The position numbers and the translations under genes were made by a program. Below, one piece after another: positions 1 through 9,367 of a DNA stretch of 64,000 nt. Position 1 is the stretch's first letter. Each line of letters opens with the position of its first letter. The notes under the pieces are model-generated. The model saw nothing but the letters and a program-made list of their open reading frames with translations, had not been told where the DNA came from and ran no database searches. The DNA is from Verrucomicrobiia bacterium (GTDB lineage: Bacteria > Verrucomicrobiota > Verrucomicrobiia > JABWAM01): the NCBI GenBank assembly GCA_020849895.1, contig JADZFN010000020.1, forward strand, positions 18,314-82,313, read 5' to 3'.

Positions 1-207
1 GAGATGTTCGTCAATCGAGTTGTCGAGCACCTCGAAGACACAATGGTGCAACCCGCGCTCGTCAGGATCCCCGATATACATGCCGGGGCGTTTCCGGACG
101 GCCTCCAGCCCTTCGAGCTTGTCGATTTTCGAGGCGTCGTAGGCCGCCGCGCCCTTCGGCACGTCGGGCAGCGGAGCGCGGTCTTCAGCTATGGATTTCT
201 CGGCCAT
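1..207 (-). CDS. gyrB: Type IIA topoisomerase subunit B, N-terminal fragment (gene runs off the window start). The reverse-complement of nt 1-207 translates to [69 protein letters not shown].
   Basis: My own translation of the minus strand. It contains the canonical GyrB/ParE N-terminal motif ([17 protein letters not shown]...GLHH-VFEV-DNSIDE). The ATG is at 207-205. The ORF track does not list it because the gene is truncated by the window edge. GyrB versus ParE cannot be separated from 69 aa. Confidence 0.6.
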   Translation of the reverse strand, partial: MAEKSIAEDRAPLPDVPKGAAAYDASKIDKLEGLEAVRKRPGMYIGDPDERGLHHCVFEVLDNSIDEHL

Positions 208-607
208 CGTTCCAACGAACTCTTCCTGATAAGTCTATCCTGGAATCGTGTTTTGAACAATGATTTTTATGCCAAAAGCACAATAATTTGTAGCAAGCCT
301 TCCGACCATCCCCAAGAAGTCGCCCCTTGACTCAGAAAGCATCTTCCGATCTCGACGACCGTCTCCAAATCAACGATCACACCACCTCCGGTGAGGATTT
401 TGTCGGCCGGTATTTCCAATCTAGGCCGCCTCGCCAACGATCCGCTTCGGGAGAAACGGCGAATCCTTGATGCGAAGAGATCGAATCTCGCGAGGGACGG
501 CGTTTCCCTCCTCCCTGACTTGCGATCTTCGGTCGGGGACCTCTCGAACCTTCGAAATGAAACGCCGGCCGACATTCCCGAACCCGACAGATGCGAGATG
601 ACGGCGA

Positions 608-1756
608 TCAGGGGACGACAAGCTGGACGAACTTGAAACGGCCGTCTTCGATCTTGAGGACGACGGCGCTTTTTCGTGCGTTGCGGTCGGGGCCGAGGGT
701 GATGTTTCCCGAGACGCCCTTGAAATCCATCGTCTTTGCCAGCGCCTCGCGGATTGCCACTGGATCGGACGAACCCGCGCGTCGGATCGCGTCATAAAGG
801 ATGTTTGCGGCGTCATAGCCCGTCACCGCCATGGCGTCGGGCGAATGCCCCTGGTGGAGCTCGCGGAATTTCTTTACGAAACTCTGAACTTCCGGACGCG
901 GATCGTCCTGATGGTAATGGTTGCTGAAATAGACCCCTTCCACCGCCTCGCCGCCGCTCTGAAGAGTGACTTCTGAATCCCAGCCGTCACCGCCGAGGAG
1001 CGGGACTTGGATGCCCAACTCACGCGCCTGCCGGGCGATGAGGGCGCACTCGGTATAATAGCCGGGGACAAAGACCACCTCGGGATTGGCGGCGCGGATG
1101 TTGGTGAGCTGCGGTTTGAATTCGCGATCGCCCGCCTGATACCCTTCGTCGGCAACCAACTGCCCGCCGCGCGCAACAAACTTCTCCTTGAAGAACTTCG
1201 CCAGCCCCACGCTGTAGTCGTTTTTTCGGTCCGTAAAGACCGCTGCCGTCTTCGCCTTGAGCGTGTCGAGAGCGAACTTCGCCATCACTTCCCCCTGAAA
1301 CGGGTCAATGAAACACGCGCGAAAGATGAAATTCCCCATCTCGGTCACCTTGGGGTTGGTCGAGGAAGGCGAAATCATCGGCACGCGGTTCTGCTGGCAA
1401 ACCGGCGCCGCGGCGATGCTCAATGAACTGGCCACGTCGCCGAGCACGGCGACCACCCGGTCCCGTTGGATGAGCTTCAGGACGGCGTTGACCGCCTCGT
1501 TCGGTTTGCCCTGATTGTCCTCGACGATAAGGCGCACTTTTTTTCCGAGAAGGCCTCCCGCGGCGTTGACCTCGTCCGTCGCGAGAGTCACGCCGGCTTC
1601 CGTGCTCTGTCCGAAAGTGGCGGTGGCGCCGGTCAGCGACCCGTAAAGGCCGATGGGGATCTCATCGCCGGCGGCGGAAGCGCCTCGAGGAGGCGGGCGA
1701 CATCCCGCGAGCGCAAGGGCGACAACCAAAACGGGGAACGCGCGGCGAAGGATCAT
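608..1756 (-). CDS. ABC transporter periplasmic substrate-binding protein of the branched-chain amino acid family (LivK/LivJ-like, Peripla_BP_6). Start reassigned to the internal Met that begins a lipoprotein-type signal peptide (MILRRAFPVLVVALALAGC).
   Basis: The ORF 608..1897 translation shows the typical Leu/Ile/Val-binding protein fold signature (GDEIPIGLYGSLTGATA..., VAVLGDVASS, PMISPSSTNP). A signal peptide plus lipobox sits 47 codons into the ORF. No cognate permease or ATPase is adjacent. Confidence 0.75.
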   Translation of the reverse strand: MILRRAFPVLVVALALAGCRPPPRGASAAGDEIPIGLYGSLTGATATFGQSTEAGVTLATDEVNAAGGLLGKKVRLIVEDNQGKPNEAVNAVLKLIQRDRVVAVLGDVASSLSIAAAPVCQQNRVPMISPSSTNPKVTEMGNFIFRACFIDPFQGEVMAKFALDTLKAKTAAVFTDRKNDYSVGLAKFFKEKFVARGGQLVADEGYQAGDREFKPQLTNIRAANPEVVFVPGYYTECALIARQARELGIQVPLLGGDGWDSEVTLQSGGEAVEGVYFSNHYHQDDPRPEVQSFVKKFRELHQGHSPDAMAVTGYDAANILYDAIRRAGSSDPVAIREALAKTMDFKGVSGNITLGPDRNARKSAVVLKIEDGRFKFVQLVVP

Positions 1757-1767
1757 CGAGCCGGAGT

Positions 1768-2142
1768 TCAATTGTTCGGCGGCGTAAAGAAAATCTGGCC
1801 TGTATGCGGGCACCGCACCGGGCTGTCCGGCGGAAAGCGGCTGACGTCCACCATCTGCTTGTCTTGGGCGTAGGGGCTTTTCACCAGACCTGGCCACTTC
1901 GAGCGAAGCGCCACGGGATAGCCTTTGCGCTTCGGAAACAGGTCGAGCGGGAGGATCTCTCCGTTGGTGCTGCGTGCTTCAAGCTCCGAGACGGAAACGG
2001 CCGGCGCCGGCGCCGGTTCCGAGGTAGTCACGGGCGTGTCCGAGGCGCCCACGGTGGCCGTGCTTTCCTGAGGTCGGCTCGAAGCGCAACCGAGAAGCAC
2101 GAAAACGGCGGCGGCGAATGAAAAGAGAAGGGCGGGTTTCAT
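1768..2142 (-). CDS. Small hypothetical lipoprotein (signal peptide MKPALLFSFAAAVFVLLGCASS, lipobox LLGC)
   Basis: Internal Met of ORF 1768..2265 followed by a hydrophobic stretch and a Cys lipobox. The mature part is Ser/Thr/Pro-rich. No recognisable family. Confidence 0.4.
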   Translation of the reverse strand: MKPALLFSFAAAVFVLLGCASSRPQESTATVGASDTPVTTSEPAPAPAVSVSELEARSTNGEILPLDLFPKRKGYPVALRSKWPGLVKSPYAQDKQMVDVSRFPPDSPVRCPHTGQIFFTPPNN

Positions 2143-2269
2143 CAAGGACGAGCCTAACGCAGGCGGCGCGGAGATCAAGCGACAACCGGCATGGGGGAAA
2201 ACCTGCCGGGAATTCCTCCAGGGGTTCTGCTCCTCCGGAGACGCGCGCGGCGTCGCCAAGAGCACCGAA

Positions 2270-4171
2270 TTATCGCGGCGGAGGGAGGGGCGACTCGATT
2301 TTTCTCAGGGCCACATAGAGCGCCCAGAACCATGACCAGTGAATTCGCCCCGCGGAGTAGCCGTTCCGGACATCGCGGAGCCCGTCGGCTGACAGCCATT
2401 CCGTCCACGCCCCGCGCTCCGCGAGCCGGCGATCGAAGTCGGCAAGCGCGCGTCCGCGGAGCCACTCTTCCCAGGGAAAAACGAACCCCTGTTTCGGGCG
2501 TCGCGCCACCTCTTCCGGTAACGGAGTGCGCAACGCGTCCCGCAAGCGCCGCTTCGGCGCGCCATCGCCGGCGGGTTCCGAGGCGAGCAAGGGCAGCGCG
2601 CGCCGCACGACTTCGACATCCACCAGCGGGGTGCGCACCTCGAGGCCGTGCGCCATCGCCAGCGCGTCCGTGTCGCGGAGCAATTGGCTTGAGAGATAGC
2701 GCGTGAACTCCAACCCTCCGACGATCACACGAGGCGGTTGCGGCCGCTCCACGGCCCAGGCCGTTTCGGAAAAAAAGCGCTCGTGCGCCGCCGCCACGAG
2801 GGCGCGTCGCTCCGGGCGTAGGACGTGCGCCATCGCCCGCGCCGAGAAAAGCCCCCGGCACGCGAGATACGCGCCCCGTTCGTCCGCAGGCGCGGAGCGC
2901 AGCAGCCCGGCCAGTCGTTCTCCACTCGTTCCGCCGCGCAGGGCCGCCGTCGCGAGCGCGGCGGCCGCGCGACCCGCGCCGCCGAGAGCCGCCGCCGCGC
3001 GCATCCATCCCGCGAGGCGCGGCACGCGAGCGAAGTTCCCGTAGCCCGCGAAAAGCTCATCTCCGCCGACGCCCGAGAGGGCGACCGTCAACTCAGCATC
3101 CCGCGCCGCGCGGGAAACCACATATGTGTTGAACCCGTCAATGCTCGGTTGATCGAGATGCTCCAGAAAACGTTCCAGCATCCCTTCGAAGTCGGCCTGC
3201 GCGAGCGGCACGTCGCGGTGCCGCGTCCCGTAGCGCTCCGCCGTCCGGTGCGCGAGCCCGCTTTCATCCAGCGCATGGCCCGCGAGGGAAACGGAAATCG
3301 TATGCACCGGCGCCGGGGAAACCTCCGACGCCAGCCCCGCAAGGGTCCCGCTGTCAATGCCGCCGCTGAGGAACAGCCCGATCGGCGCGTCGCTCACCAG
3401 ATGCCGGCGCACCGAATCGCGGAGCGCTTCCGCCATGCTCGCCTCGTCGGGCGGTTCGTCCGCGTCGGCCGCGGCGCACCACCCCGGCACGGGGCTCGCG
3501 CCGCGAAACGCAGCCCGCCCCTCCCGCACCTCGACACGTTCACCCGGCGCCAACGCCCGAACGCCCCGCGCGAACGCGCGCGGCGCGGGCACGGAACCGA
3601 GCAACAGGAAGTCCGCGAGCGCGTCGCCGCTCGTCGCGCCGTCGAATCCCGGCAGGCTGCGAAACGCGCGCGCCTCCGAAGCGAAAGCCAGCAGTCCGTC
3701 CGTTTCGAAAAGATAAAGCGGTTTGATCCCGAGCGGGTCTCTCGCGAGATGCAGGATTCCCCGGGTCGCGTCGTACGCCGCCGCCGCATACATCCCTCGC
3801 AGCGCGTCGAACGCCGCCGCGCCGCGCTCCTCGAACAGGTGAACGAGCACTTCTGCGTCGCTCGATGAGGCGAAGCGGTGCCCTCGTGCGAGCAGGCCTT
3901 CCCGAAGCTCGCGCCAGTTGTAGAATTCTCCGTTCACGAGAACGCATGTGGAACGCTCCTCGTTCCACATAGGCTGGCGGCCCGCAGGCGAAAGGTCGAG
4001 GATCGCCAGCCGGCGATGGCCGAGAAAGACCCCCGCCGGGCCGTCGGAAAAATATCCTTCATCGTCCGGCCCGCGATGCCGCATCGCATCGGCCATCGCG
4101 CGGACTACGGCCTCCGCCGCGATCGTTTCGAGCACGGGTTGCTTCAGAACGATGCCGCAGATGCCGCACAT
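2270..4171 (-). CDS. asnB: Asparagine synthetase, glutamine-hydrolysing (AsnB family amidotransferase)
   Basis: N-terminal MCGICGIV (Ntn Cys2 glutaminase). The synthetase domain carries the SGGIDSG PP-loop. Full length is 633 aa. Confidence 0.9.
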   Translation of the reverse strand: MCGICGIVLKQPVLETIAAEAVVRAMADAMRHRGPDDEGYFSDGPAGVFLGHRRLAILDLSPAGRQPMWNEERSTCVLVNGEFYNWRELREGLLARGHRFASSSDAEVLVHLFEERGAAAFDALRGMYAAAAYDATRGILHLARDPLGIKPLYLFETDGLLAFASEARAFRSLPGFDGATSGDALADFLLLGSVPAPRAFARGVRALAPGERVEVREGRAAFRGASPVPGWCAAADADEPPDEASMAEALRDSVRRHLVSDAPIGLFLSGGIDSGTLAGLASEVSPAPVHTISVSLAGHALDESGLAHRTAERYGTRHRDVPLAQADFEGMLERFLEHLDQPSIDGFNTYVVSRAARDAELTVALSGVGGDELFAGYGNFARVPRLAGWMRAAAALGGAGRAAAALATAALRGGTSGERLAGLLRSAPADERGAYLACRGLFSARAMAHVLRPERRALVAAAHERFFSETAWAVERPQPPRVIVGGLEFTRYLSSQLLRDTDALAMAHGLEVRTPLVDVEVVRRALPLLASEPAGDGAPKRRLRDALRTPLPEEVARRPKQGFVFPWEEWLRGRALADFDRRLAERGAWTEWLSADGLRDVRNGYSAGRIHWSWFWALYVALRKIESPLPPPR

Positions 4172-4236
4172 GACGGCCTGCTTTTCCCTCTTTCCGCGCC
4201 CTCATGCAATCCCGTTCGCTTGCCTCCGGGCCGCCG

Positions 4237-4276
4237 CGCCAGCAACAGAGGGCAGGCCAATTTTCAAACACCCTCT
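4237..4276. repeat. 40-bp repeat copy (cgccaGcaacagagggcaggccaattttcaaacaccctct). It matches the loop plus right arm of the hairpin at 11134-11191 with one mismatch.
   Basis: Direct comparison with 11152-11191. It lies in the divergent asnB/MFS intergenic region. The left hairpin arm is absent at this site. Confidence 0.8.
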
Positions 4277-4342
4277 CAGGCGCGCCTGTTGTTCCGGCAC
4301 CGCGAATTGCATTCGGAGGGAGAACTGCTGAAACTGGCTCGC

Positions 4343-5677
4343 ATGAGGCGCCTCGCCTTTCCTTTCGCGACCGTCAGACGCGGGGTGCCGCCGCCGCGGA
4401 CACCCCTCGACGAGAAAGAGGCCCGGGCGGCGATGAACGCCGCGGTCCTCCTGCAGTGCGTCGGCATGCTGATGATGCTGATGTTCACGAATGGGGTGCT
4501 CCTGCTCTACTTTTCGGCACTGGATCTTAGCGTGGAGAAGGTGGTCTTTTACCTCTCGTTGCCGCGGCTGCTCCAGGCCGTCGCCACCGTGCCCGGCGCC
4601 TGGTATTGCACCAGCCACGGAAAGAAGCGGATCGGCCACCTGGGCCGTATGCTCATGGGGATCGGCGGCGGATGCTTGGTCGCCGGTGGATTCGTCGGCG
4701 ACTGGAGGCGCGAGGCGTGCATCGCGCTCGGCGTCACCCTGTGCGGGGTGGGGGAAGCGATGTTCGCGAGCGGCTGGTTCGCGCTTCTCGATGGGATTGT
4801 TCCTCCGGCGATGAGGGGGCGGTTCTTCGGGCGGTTGCGGTTTTCCTGGCAACTCGTGGGCTTTGCGGTGACGGCCGTCTGCTCTCTTTGGCTGACGGAT
4901 CGCTCCCCGCTCGTCGTGTTCTACGGGATTCTCGCGGTCGGGATCTTTGGCGTCTTCGCGAGCGGCACCCTCTACAGCCTGAGGATCCCGGAGATCGAGG
5001 AGGAGGAACCGGGAAGGGAGGGGCCGATGGCGACGCTTCTGCGCGTACTGCGCGCGCCGGGGTATTTGCCGTTCTGCGCCTACGTATTCCTGGTCACGAC
5101 GTTCACGGCGACGCTGCCCGCCATCTTCGGCTTGTTGGAGCGTAATGCGCTGGGGATGGGAGACCGGACGGTCGTCTGGTTGGGAAACTTCGGGATGCTG
5201 GGGTGCGTGCTGGGCTTCTACCTCGGAGGCCTCGCGGTGGACCGATGGGGCACCAAGGTGGTCTTCCTCGCGGCGCACTTCGGCTACGCCCTTACGCTCG
5301 TGCTGTTCCTTCTCCGCGGCCTCGTGCCGGTAGCGACACCGGTATGGCTGGGAGCGCTTCACGCCCTTTTCGGTCTGGTCTTCGCGTCCTCCAGTGTCGC
5401 CATCTCGGCCGAGATGCTGGCGCTGGCGCCTCCGGGCAACAAGCCGCTGGCGACCTCCGTTTGCTGGTCACTCTTCCAGGGAGGCACGGCAATCTGCGGG
5501 ATGCTCGGTGCCGGGCTGCTCAAGAGCGGCATGCTTCGGGACTCATGGCGCTTCGGAGGCCTCGACCTTTCCGCGTACGACGGGATCCTTCTCATCGCCG
5601 CCGCACTGGTGGCGCTCCTCACCGTCACTCTCGGTCTCGTGCCCTCCGTGATCGGCAGGGCCGAGAGCGCGCCATGA
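4343..5677 (+). CDS. MFS-family transporter (about 12 predicted TM helices). Start reassigned to the ATG at 4343 (MRRLAFPF...) downstream of the asnB divergent promoter.
   Basis: The translation of ORF 3878..5677 is dominated by hydrophobic helices with MFS-like GxxxDRxGxR-type loops (GGLAVDRWGTK). The first 155 codons of the tracked ORF overlap asnB on the opposite strand and are unlikely to be coding. Confidence 0.6.
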   Translation: MRRLAFPFATVRRGVPPPRTPLDEKEARAAMNAAVLLQCVGMLMMLMFTNGVLLLYFSALDLSVEKVVFYLSLPRLLQAVATVPGAWYCTSHGKKRIGHLGRMLMGIGGGCLVAGGFVGDWRREACIALGVTLCGVGEAMFASGWFALLDGIVPPAMRGRFFGRLRFSWQLVGFAVTAVCSLWLTDRSPLVVFYGILAVGIFGVFASGTLYSLRIPEIEEEEPGREGPMATLLRVLRAPGYLPFCAYVFLVTTFTATLPAIFGLLERNALGMGDRTVVWLGNFGMLGCVLGFYLGGLAVDRWGTKVVFLAAHFGYALTLVLFLLRGLVPVATPVWLGALHALFGLVFASSSVAISAEMLALAPPGNKPLATSVCWSLFQGGTAICGMLGAGLLKSGMLRDSWRFGGLDLSAYDGILLIAAALVALLTVTLGLVPSVIGRAESAP

Positions 5678-6035
5678 GCATTGCCCATTGCGGAATCGGG
5701 GAGAGGAATGAGGGCAAGGGATCCGTCCTTTGGATTTTGGATATTAGGATGTCGGACGTAACGTGAGCGGTGGCAACACGGCTCGAGTTTGCCGGGGCGA
5801 TCTGCCCTCTGATGAACAGGAGGACTTCCGCGTGTCGCTGGCACGAAGCTTGGTGCAAGCAGGGAGCCAAGGCTTTGCGTGGAGCCGGACGTGCTGGGCG
5901 CAAGCCCCGTTTGAGCGAGGCGCAGGTCCGGTAGCTTGAGGAGGGGCTCAAGCGCGGCCTCGAGGCTCGTCACCTTCCTCAAACATCTGCGCCGCCATCT
6001 TCGCAGCCGGCGGCTGGTTTCTTCCCGAATAGGCC

Positions 6036-6818
6036 TCAAGTGGCGGCTGGTGGGAGCGACTGAAAAGGAAGGCGGACGGTGAGGGAAAGTCCCGGCGAGC
6101 GGGAGGCTTCAATGGTGATCCCGAACAGCCTTCCAAGATGCTCCTGAACAAGGACCTCGGCGGGTGGTCCGTCGGCCGCCAATCGCCCGCTCTCGAGGAG
6201 GATCGCGCGGTCGAGGAAGAGCGGCGCAAGCAGCAGGTCGTGGCACGTCATCAACACCGTACGTCCTTCCTCTGCGAGGGAACGCGTCAGCCGGTAGACT
6301 TCCAATTGATGCGCCATGTCGAGATGAGTTGCCGGCTCGTCCAACAGCAAGACAGGGGCATCCTGAGCCAAGGCCCGTGCAATGATCACGCGTTGGCGCT
6401 CTCCTCCACTCAGCTCGTCGAAGCGACGGTCGGCCATGTCATCCGCCCCTACGCGGGAAAGGGCGGCAGCGATGCGGGCTGGATTCTCATCCCCTGACGC
6501 AAAACGCCCGAGCGCGACCATCTCCCTTGCCGTCAATGCGATGCCACGGGGAGTATCTTGAGGCACAACCGCGATAGAGCGGGCCACCTCACGCGGAGAA
6601 AGCGCGTTTACCCGGAAGTTGCCATACCACACCGTCCCGTGCTGCGGTGACAGGGCGCCGGTCAAGCAGCGCAAGAGGGTGCTCTTGCCGCTGCCGTTGG
6701 GCCCAAAGATGCCGGTGACGGTTCCTGGGAAAAACCCCGCGTCGATTCCCTCGAGAACCAGTGTGCCGGGGCGGTAGGCGAAGCTGAGTTTCTCTGCGCG
6801 AAGATTCATGATGGGCAT
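6036..6818 (-). CDS. ABC transporter ATP-binding protein, FecE/BtuD/HmuV family (iron-chelate/corrinoid type-II importer)
   Basis: Walker A GPNGSGKST, signature LSGGERQRV, Walker B LLLDEP. Length 260 aa. Confidence 0.85.
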   Translation of the reverse strand: MPIMNLRAEKLSFAYRPGTLVLEGIDAGFFPGTVTGIFGPNGSGKSTLLRCLTGALSPQHGTVWYGNFRVNALSPREVARSIAVVPQDTPRGIALTAREMVALGRFASGDENPARIAAALSRVGADDMADRRFDELSGGERQRVIIARALAQDAPVLLLDEPATHLDMAHQLEVYRLTRSLAEEGRTVLMTCHDLLLAPLFLDRAILLESGRLAADGPPAEVLVQEHLGRLFGITIEASRSPGLSLTVRLPFQSLPPAAT

Positions 6819-7816
6819 CCCGACACGTCACGTCGCCGAAGAAGCCAAAGAAAAACTGGCGCACCGAGCATGGCCGTGAGGATCCCGACCGGGATTTCCG
6901 CGGGCGCGGCGAGCGTCCGGACCAGCGTGTCGGCCATGAGGAGGAGCAGCGCCCCGCCAAGCGCTGTTGTGGGAATCAGTCGCCGATGATCCCCACCGAT
7001 CACCAGCCGCAACAGGTGGGGCACGATGAGGCCGATGAAGCCGATGACGCCGGTCAGGCTTACCGCGACGGCTGAGGCCAAGGCGATGAGCAAGAGCAGC
7101 TTGCGCTGAAGGTGGGGAACATCCACCCCGAGATCGCGGGCTGCGGTTTCTCCCGCGAGGAGGACATTGAGTGGTCGCGCGAGGGCGAGGAGGGAGAACA
7201 ACAGTCCAAGCGCAACCCCCAGCAGCACGAGGGCCATGTGGCCGCCGGCCTGCCAGAGCCCGCCCATGAGCCAGAAAACGATGGCTTGGAGACGTTCCCC
7301 AGCGAGATAGAGCATTCCTGTCGTCATGGCAGAACAAAGAGCGGCGATGGCGATCCCCGCCAAAAGGAGGCTGTGGCCGAAGAAGGCGCCGCGTTTCCCC
7401 AACGCAAAAACAACCGTCACCGCGCCGAAGCCCCCCAGGAATCCTCCGATCGGCACCACGATTCCATCCCAACCCCGCGCGCCGGCCACAAGCATGGTCG
7501 CCACTGCACCAAGAGCCGCCCCATTGGAAACACCCATCACGGAGGGCGTGGCAAGGGGGTTTCGAAACAGTGTCTGCGAGGCCAGGCCGGCGAGGGCGAG
7601 GATGGTTCCGACCGAGGCAGCAGCCACCATGCGCGGGAGTCGAATCTCAAAGAGGACCCGGTCGCGCGCGTCCCACCCGCTATGCCCCGTCATCGTCCTC
7701 CACGCGCGCATCAGGACTTCGCTCGGGGGCATGCGCACGCTTCCCAACAGCAGGGTTCCGCCCGCCGCGCCGAACAGTGCGATGGCGAGAAGCAGCGTCA
7801 GTGCACGAGGTTTCAC
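6806..7816 (-). CDS. ABC transporter permease, FecCD/BtuC family
   Basis: 336 aa, about 9-10 TM helices, C-terminal GxxxxxxWLL motif typical of FecCD. Overlaps the ATPase start by 13 bp. Confidence 0.85.
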   Translation of the reverse strand: MKPRALTLLLAIALFGAAGGTLLLGSVRMPPSEVLMRAWRTMTGHSGWDARDRVLFEIRLPRMVAAASVGTILALAGLASQTLFRNPLATPSVMGVSNGAALGAVATMLVAGARGWDGIVVPIGGFLGGFGAVTVVFALGKRGAFFGHSLLLAGIAIAALCSAMTTGMLYLAGERLQAIVFWLMGGLWQAGGHMALVLLGVALGLLFSLLALARPLNVLLAGETAARDLGVDVPHLQRKLLLLIALASAVAVSLTGVIGFIGLIVPHLLRLVIGGDHRRLIPTTALGGALLLLMADTLVRTLAAPAEIPVGILTAMLGAPVFLWLLRRRDVSGCPS

Positions 7817-8559
7817 AGGCCTCCGGCGACCTGGCGGGAGGCAAAGCGATCATCCCGCTCGGTCAGATCGAGGGCCTGCGCCGAGGTGAGGTGAGAGAAG
7901 CCAACCTTCCGAAGATGCCGCTGGCAGGCCTCAACGGTGCGCGCCATCTGCTCCTCGGTGGGACGCGGGTAAGGCTGTCCTGGCACCGGGATGTAGCCCA
8001 TGATGTGGAAGGGGATGTCCACGCTGAGCGAGGCGATCCATGACGCAATAGCCTCCACCTGATCAAGGTCCACCCAACCGGGAACGAAGACCACGTTGGC
8101 TCGCATCTTCAATCCCGCCCGAACGGAATTCGCGAAATTGTCGAAGATCCGGCTCTTGTCGCGGCCCGTATAGGCGAGGTGCACGACGGGATCCCACGCC
8201 TTGAGCCCAACGTTGGCGCCGTCGAGGTTGGGCAGGGGGAGCTGCCAGCCGTTGGTGTGGCCGAGGAAGGTTCCCAGCCCAAGCGTGTTCTTCGCGAAAT
8301 CGAGCAGACGGGGAAGCTCGCGCGCGGTGGTCGGCTCGCCTCCCATGAAGAACACCCTCTCGATGGGAAGCGATCGAAGTGTGGTTTCGACATCTTCGGC
8401 CGAGAGGAAGCTCGCAGGTTTTGGCGTAGAGAAGCCGGGGGGTCCATTGGCGCCACTTCGCAGACGATAGCTGCAGACGGGGCACTTGAAGGTGCAACCC
8501 CAGTTGTGCACCGTCGCGAAACGGTGTTTCTCGTTCCAGGTGATTCGGTGGATGGGCAT
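7813..8559 (-). CDS. Small radical SAM protein (CX3CX2C: GCTFKCPVC; GGEP SAM-binding motif), embedded in the ABC-importer operon
   Basis: CTFKCPVC cluster 19 residues from the N-terminus and FFMGGEPT downstream. 248 aa, a size typical of the QueE/PFL-activase/NrdG-like minimal radical-SAM fold. Start and stop overlap the neighbours by 4 bp and 1 bp. Confidence 0.65.
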   Translation of the reverse strand: MPIHRITWNEKHRFATVHNWGCTFKCPVCSYRLRSGANGPPGFSTPKPASFLSAEDVETTLRSLPIERVFFMGGEPTTARELPRLLDFAKNTLGLGTFLGHTNGWQLPLPNLDGANVGLKAWDPVVHLAYTGRDKSRIFDNFANSVRAGLKMRANVVFVPGWVDLDQVEAIASWIASLSVDIPFHIMGYIPVPGQPYPRPTEEQMARTVEACQRHLRKVGFSHLTSAQALDLTERDDRFASRQVAGGL

Positions 8560-8560
8560 G

Positions 8561-9367
8561 TCAGTTGTCTTTGTGAATGGCGGCTCGAAGATGGGCCACC
8601 GCTTCCGGGAGACGGCTGCCGGCGATCAGCCATTGACGGTCGAGAGCGACCACCGCTCCGCGTCTCACGGCAGGAAGGGCGAAAAGCCTGGGGCGCCTCG
8701 CGATGGCCTCCGGAGTCGCGAAGCCCCGGACGAACAGGATGACGGATGGGTTGGCAACGAGCAGTTCCTCTTGAGAGAGCAGAACGCTGCTCCGGGTCGC
8801 TCCCCCCGCGATGTTGATGCCCCCAGCGAACATGATCAGATCGTTGAGGTAGCTCTCGGTCCCCATGGTTCGAGAAAGACTGTAGAGTTCGAGGTAGACA
8901 CGCGGCGCATCGGGCGCCGGAGTGGTGGGACAATCGCGAAGAAAGACCGTCAGTTGGTCTGCAAGGCGGTTTGCCTCAACTTCGCGTCCAACGCGCCGAC
9001 CAATGGTGCGTACGGTGGCTGGCAACTCACCCGCTCGTCCGCAGCGAATGCGCTCCACCGGCACGCGGAGTTCTCGCAGCAACTTCGCGGCATCGTCCTG
9101 ATACCACCAGACAAAGGCGAGATCCACCTTCCGAGCGAGCACCTCTTCCTTGGAGATCGCGCTGCCTTTCACGATCACGGGCACCTTGGACGCCTCGGGG
9201 ACTGCCGTCCCGTATTCGTCTATGGCGGAAAGCCGCTCCCCCGCGCCAATGGCGCAGAGAACGTCGGTTGCCGTCGTGCAGAGGCTCAAGATGCGTTGAG
9301 GCGGCGCCGCATGGACCGAGCCCATGAGAAGGCCTGCAGCCGCGAGCAGGGTCCACCGACTAGGCAT
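8561..9367 (-). CDS. ABC transporter periplasmic binding protein, BtuF/FecB/HmuT family (cluster 8). Start reassigned to MPSRWTLLAAAGLLMGSVHA (signal peptide).
   Basis: ILSLCTTATDVLCAIGAGERLSAIDEYG and later DLAFVWWYQ motifs are typical of BtuF-like binding proteins. The ATG at 9367 is 5 bp downstream of the PEP-CTERM gene stop. Confidence 0.75.
   Translation of the reverse strand: MPSRWTLLAAAGLLMGSVHAAPPQRILSLCTTATDVLCAIGAGERLSAIDEYGTAVPEASKVPVIVKGSAISKEEVLARKVDLAFVWWYQDDAAKLLRELRVPVERIRCGRAGELPATVRTIGRRVGREVEANRLADQLTVFLRDCPTTPAPDAPRVYLELYSLSRTMGTESYLNDLIMFAGGINIAGGATRSSVLLSQEELLVANPSVILFVRGFATPEAIARRPRLFALPAVRRGAVVALDRQWLIAGSRLPEAVAHLRAAIHKDN

Noticed and set aside
4202-5362. 386-aa minus-strand ORF antisense to the MFS transporter gene
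   Set aside because: It lies entirely within a well-supported plus-strand membrane protein gene. Its translation is low-complexity and Arg/Glu/Pro-rich, the classic high-GC antisense artefact.
5359-6039. 226-aa minus-strand ORF whose start overlaps the ABC ATPase stop (appearing translationally coupled)
   Set aside because: 320 bp of it is antisense to the MFS gene and the rest is Arg/Ser/Pro low-complexity. The apparent coupling is probably coincidental.
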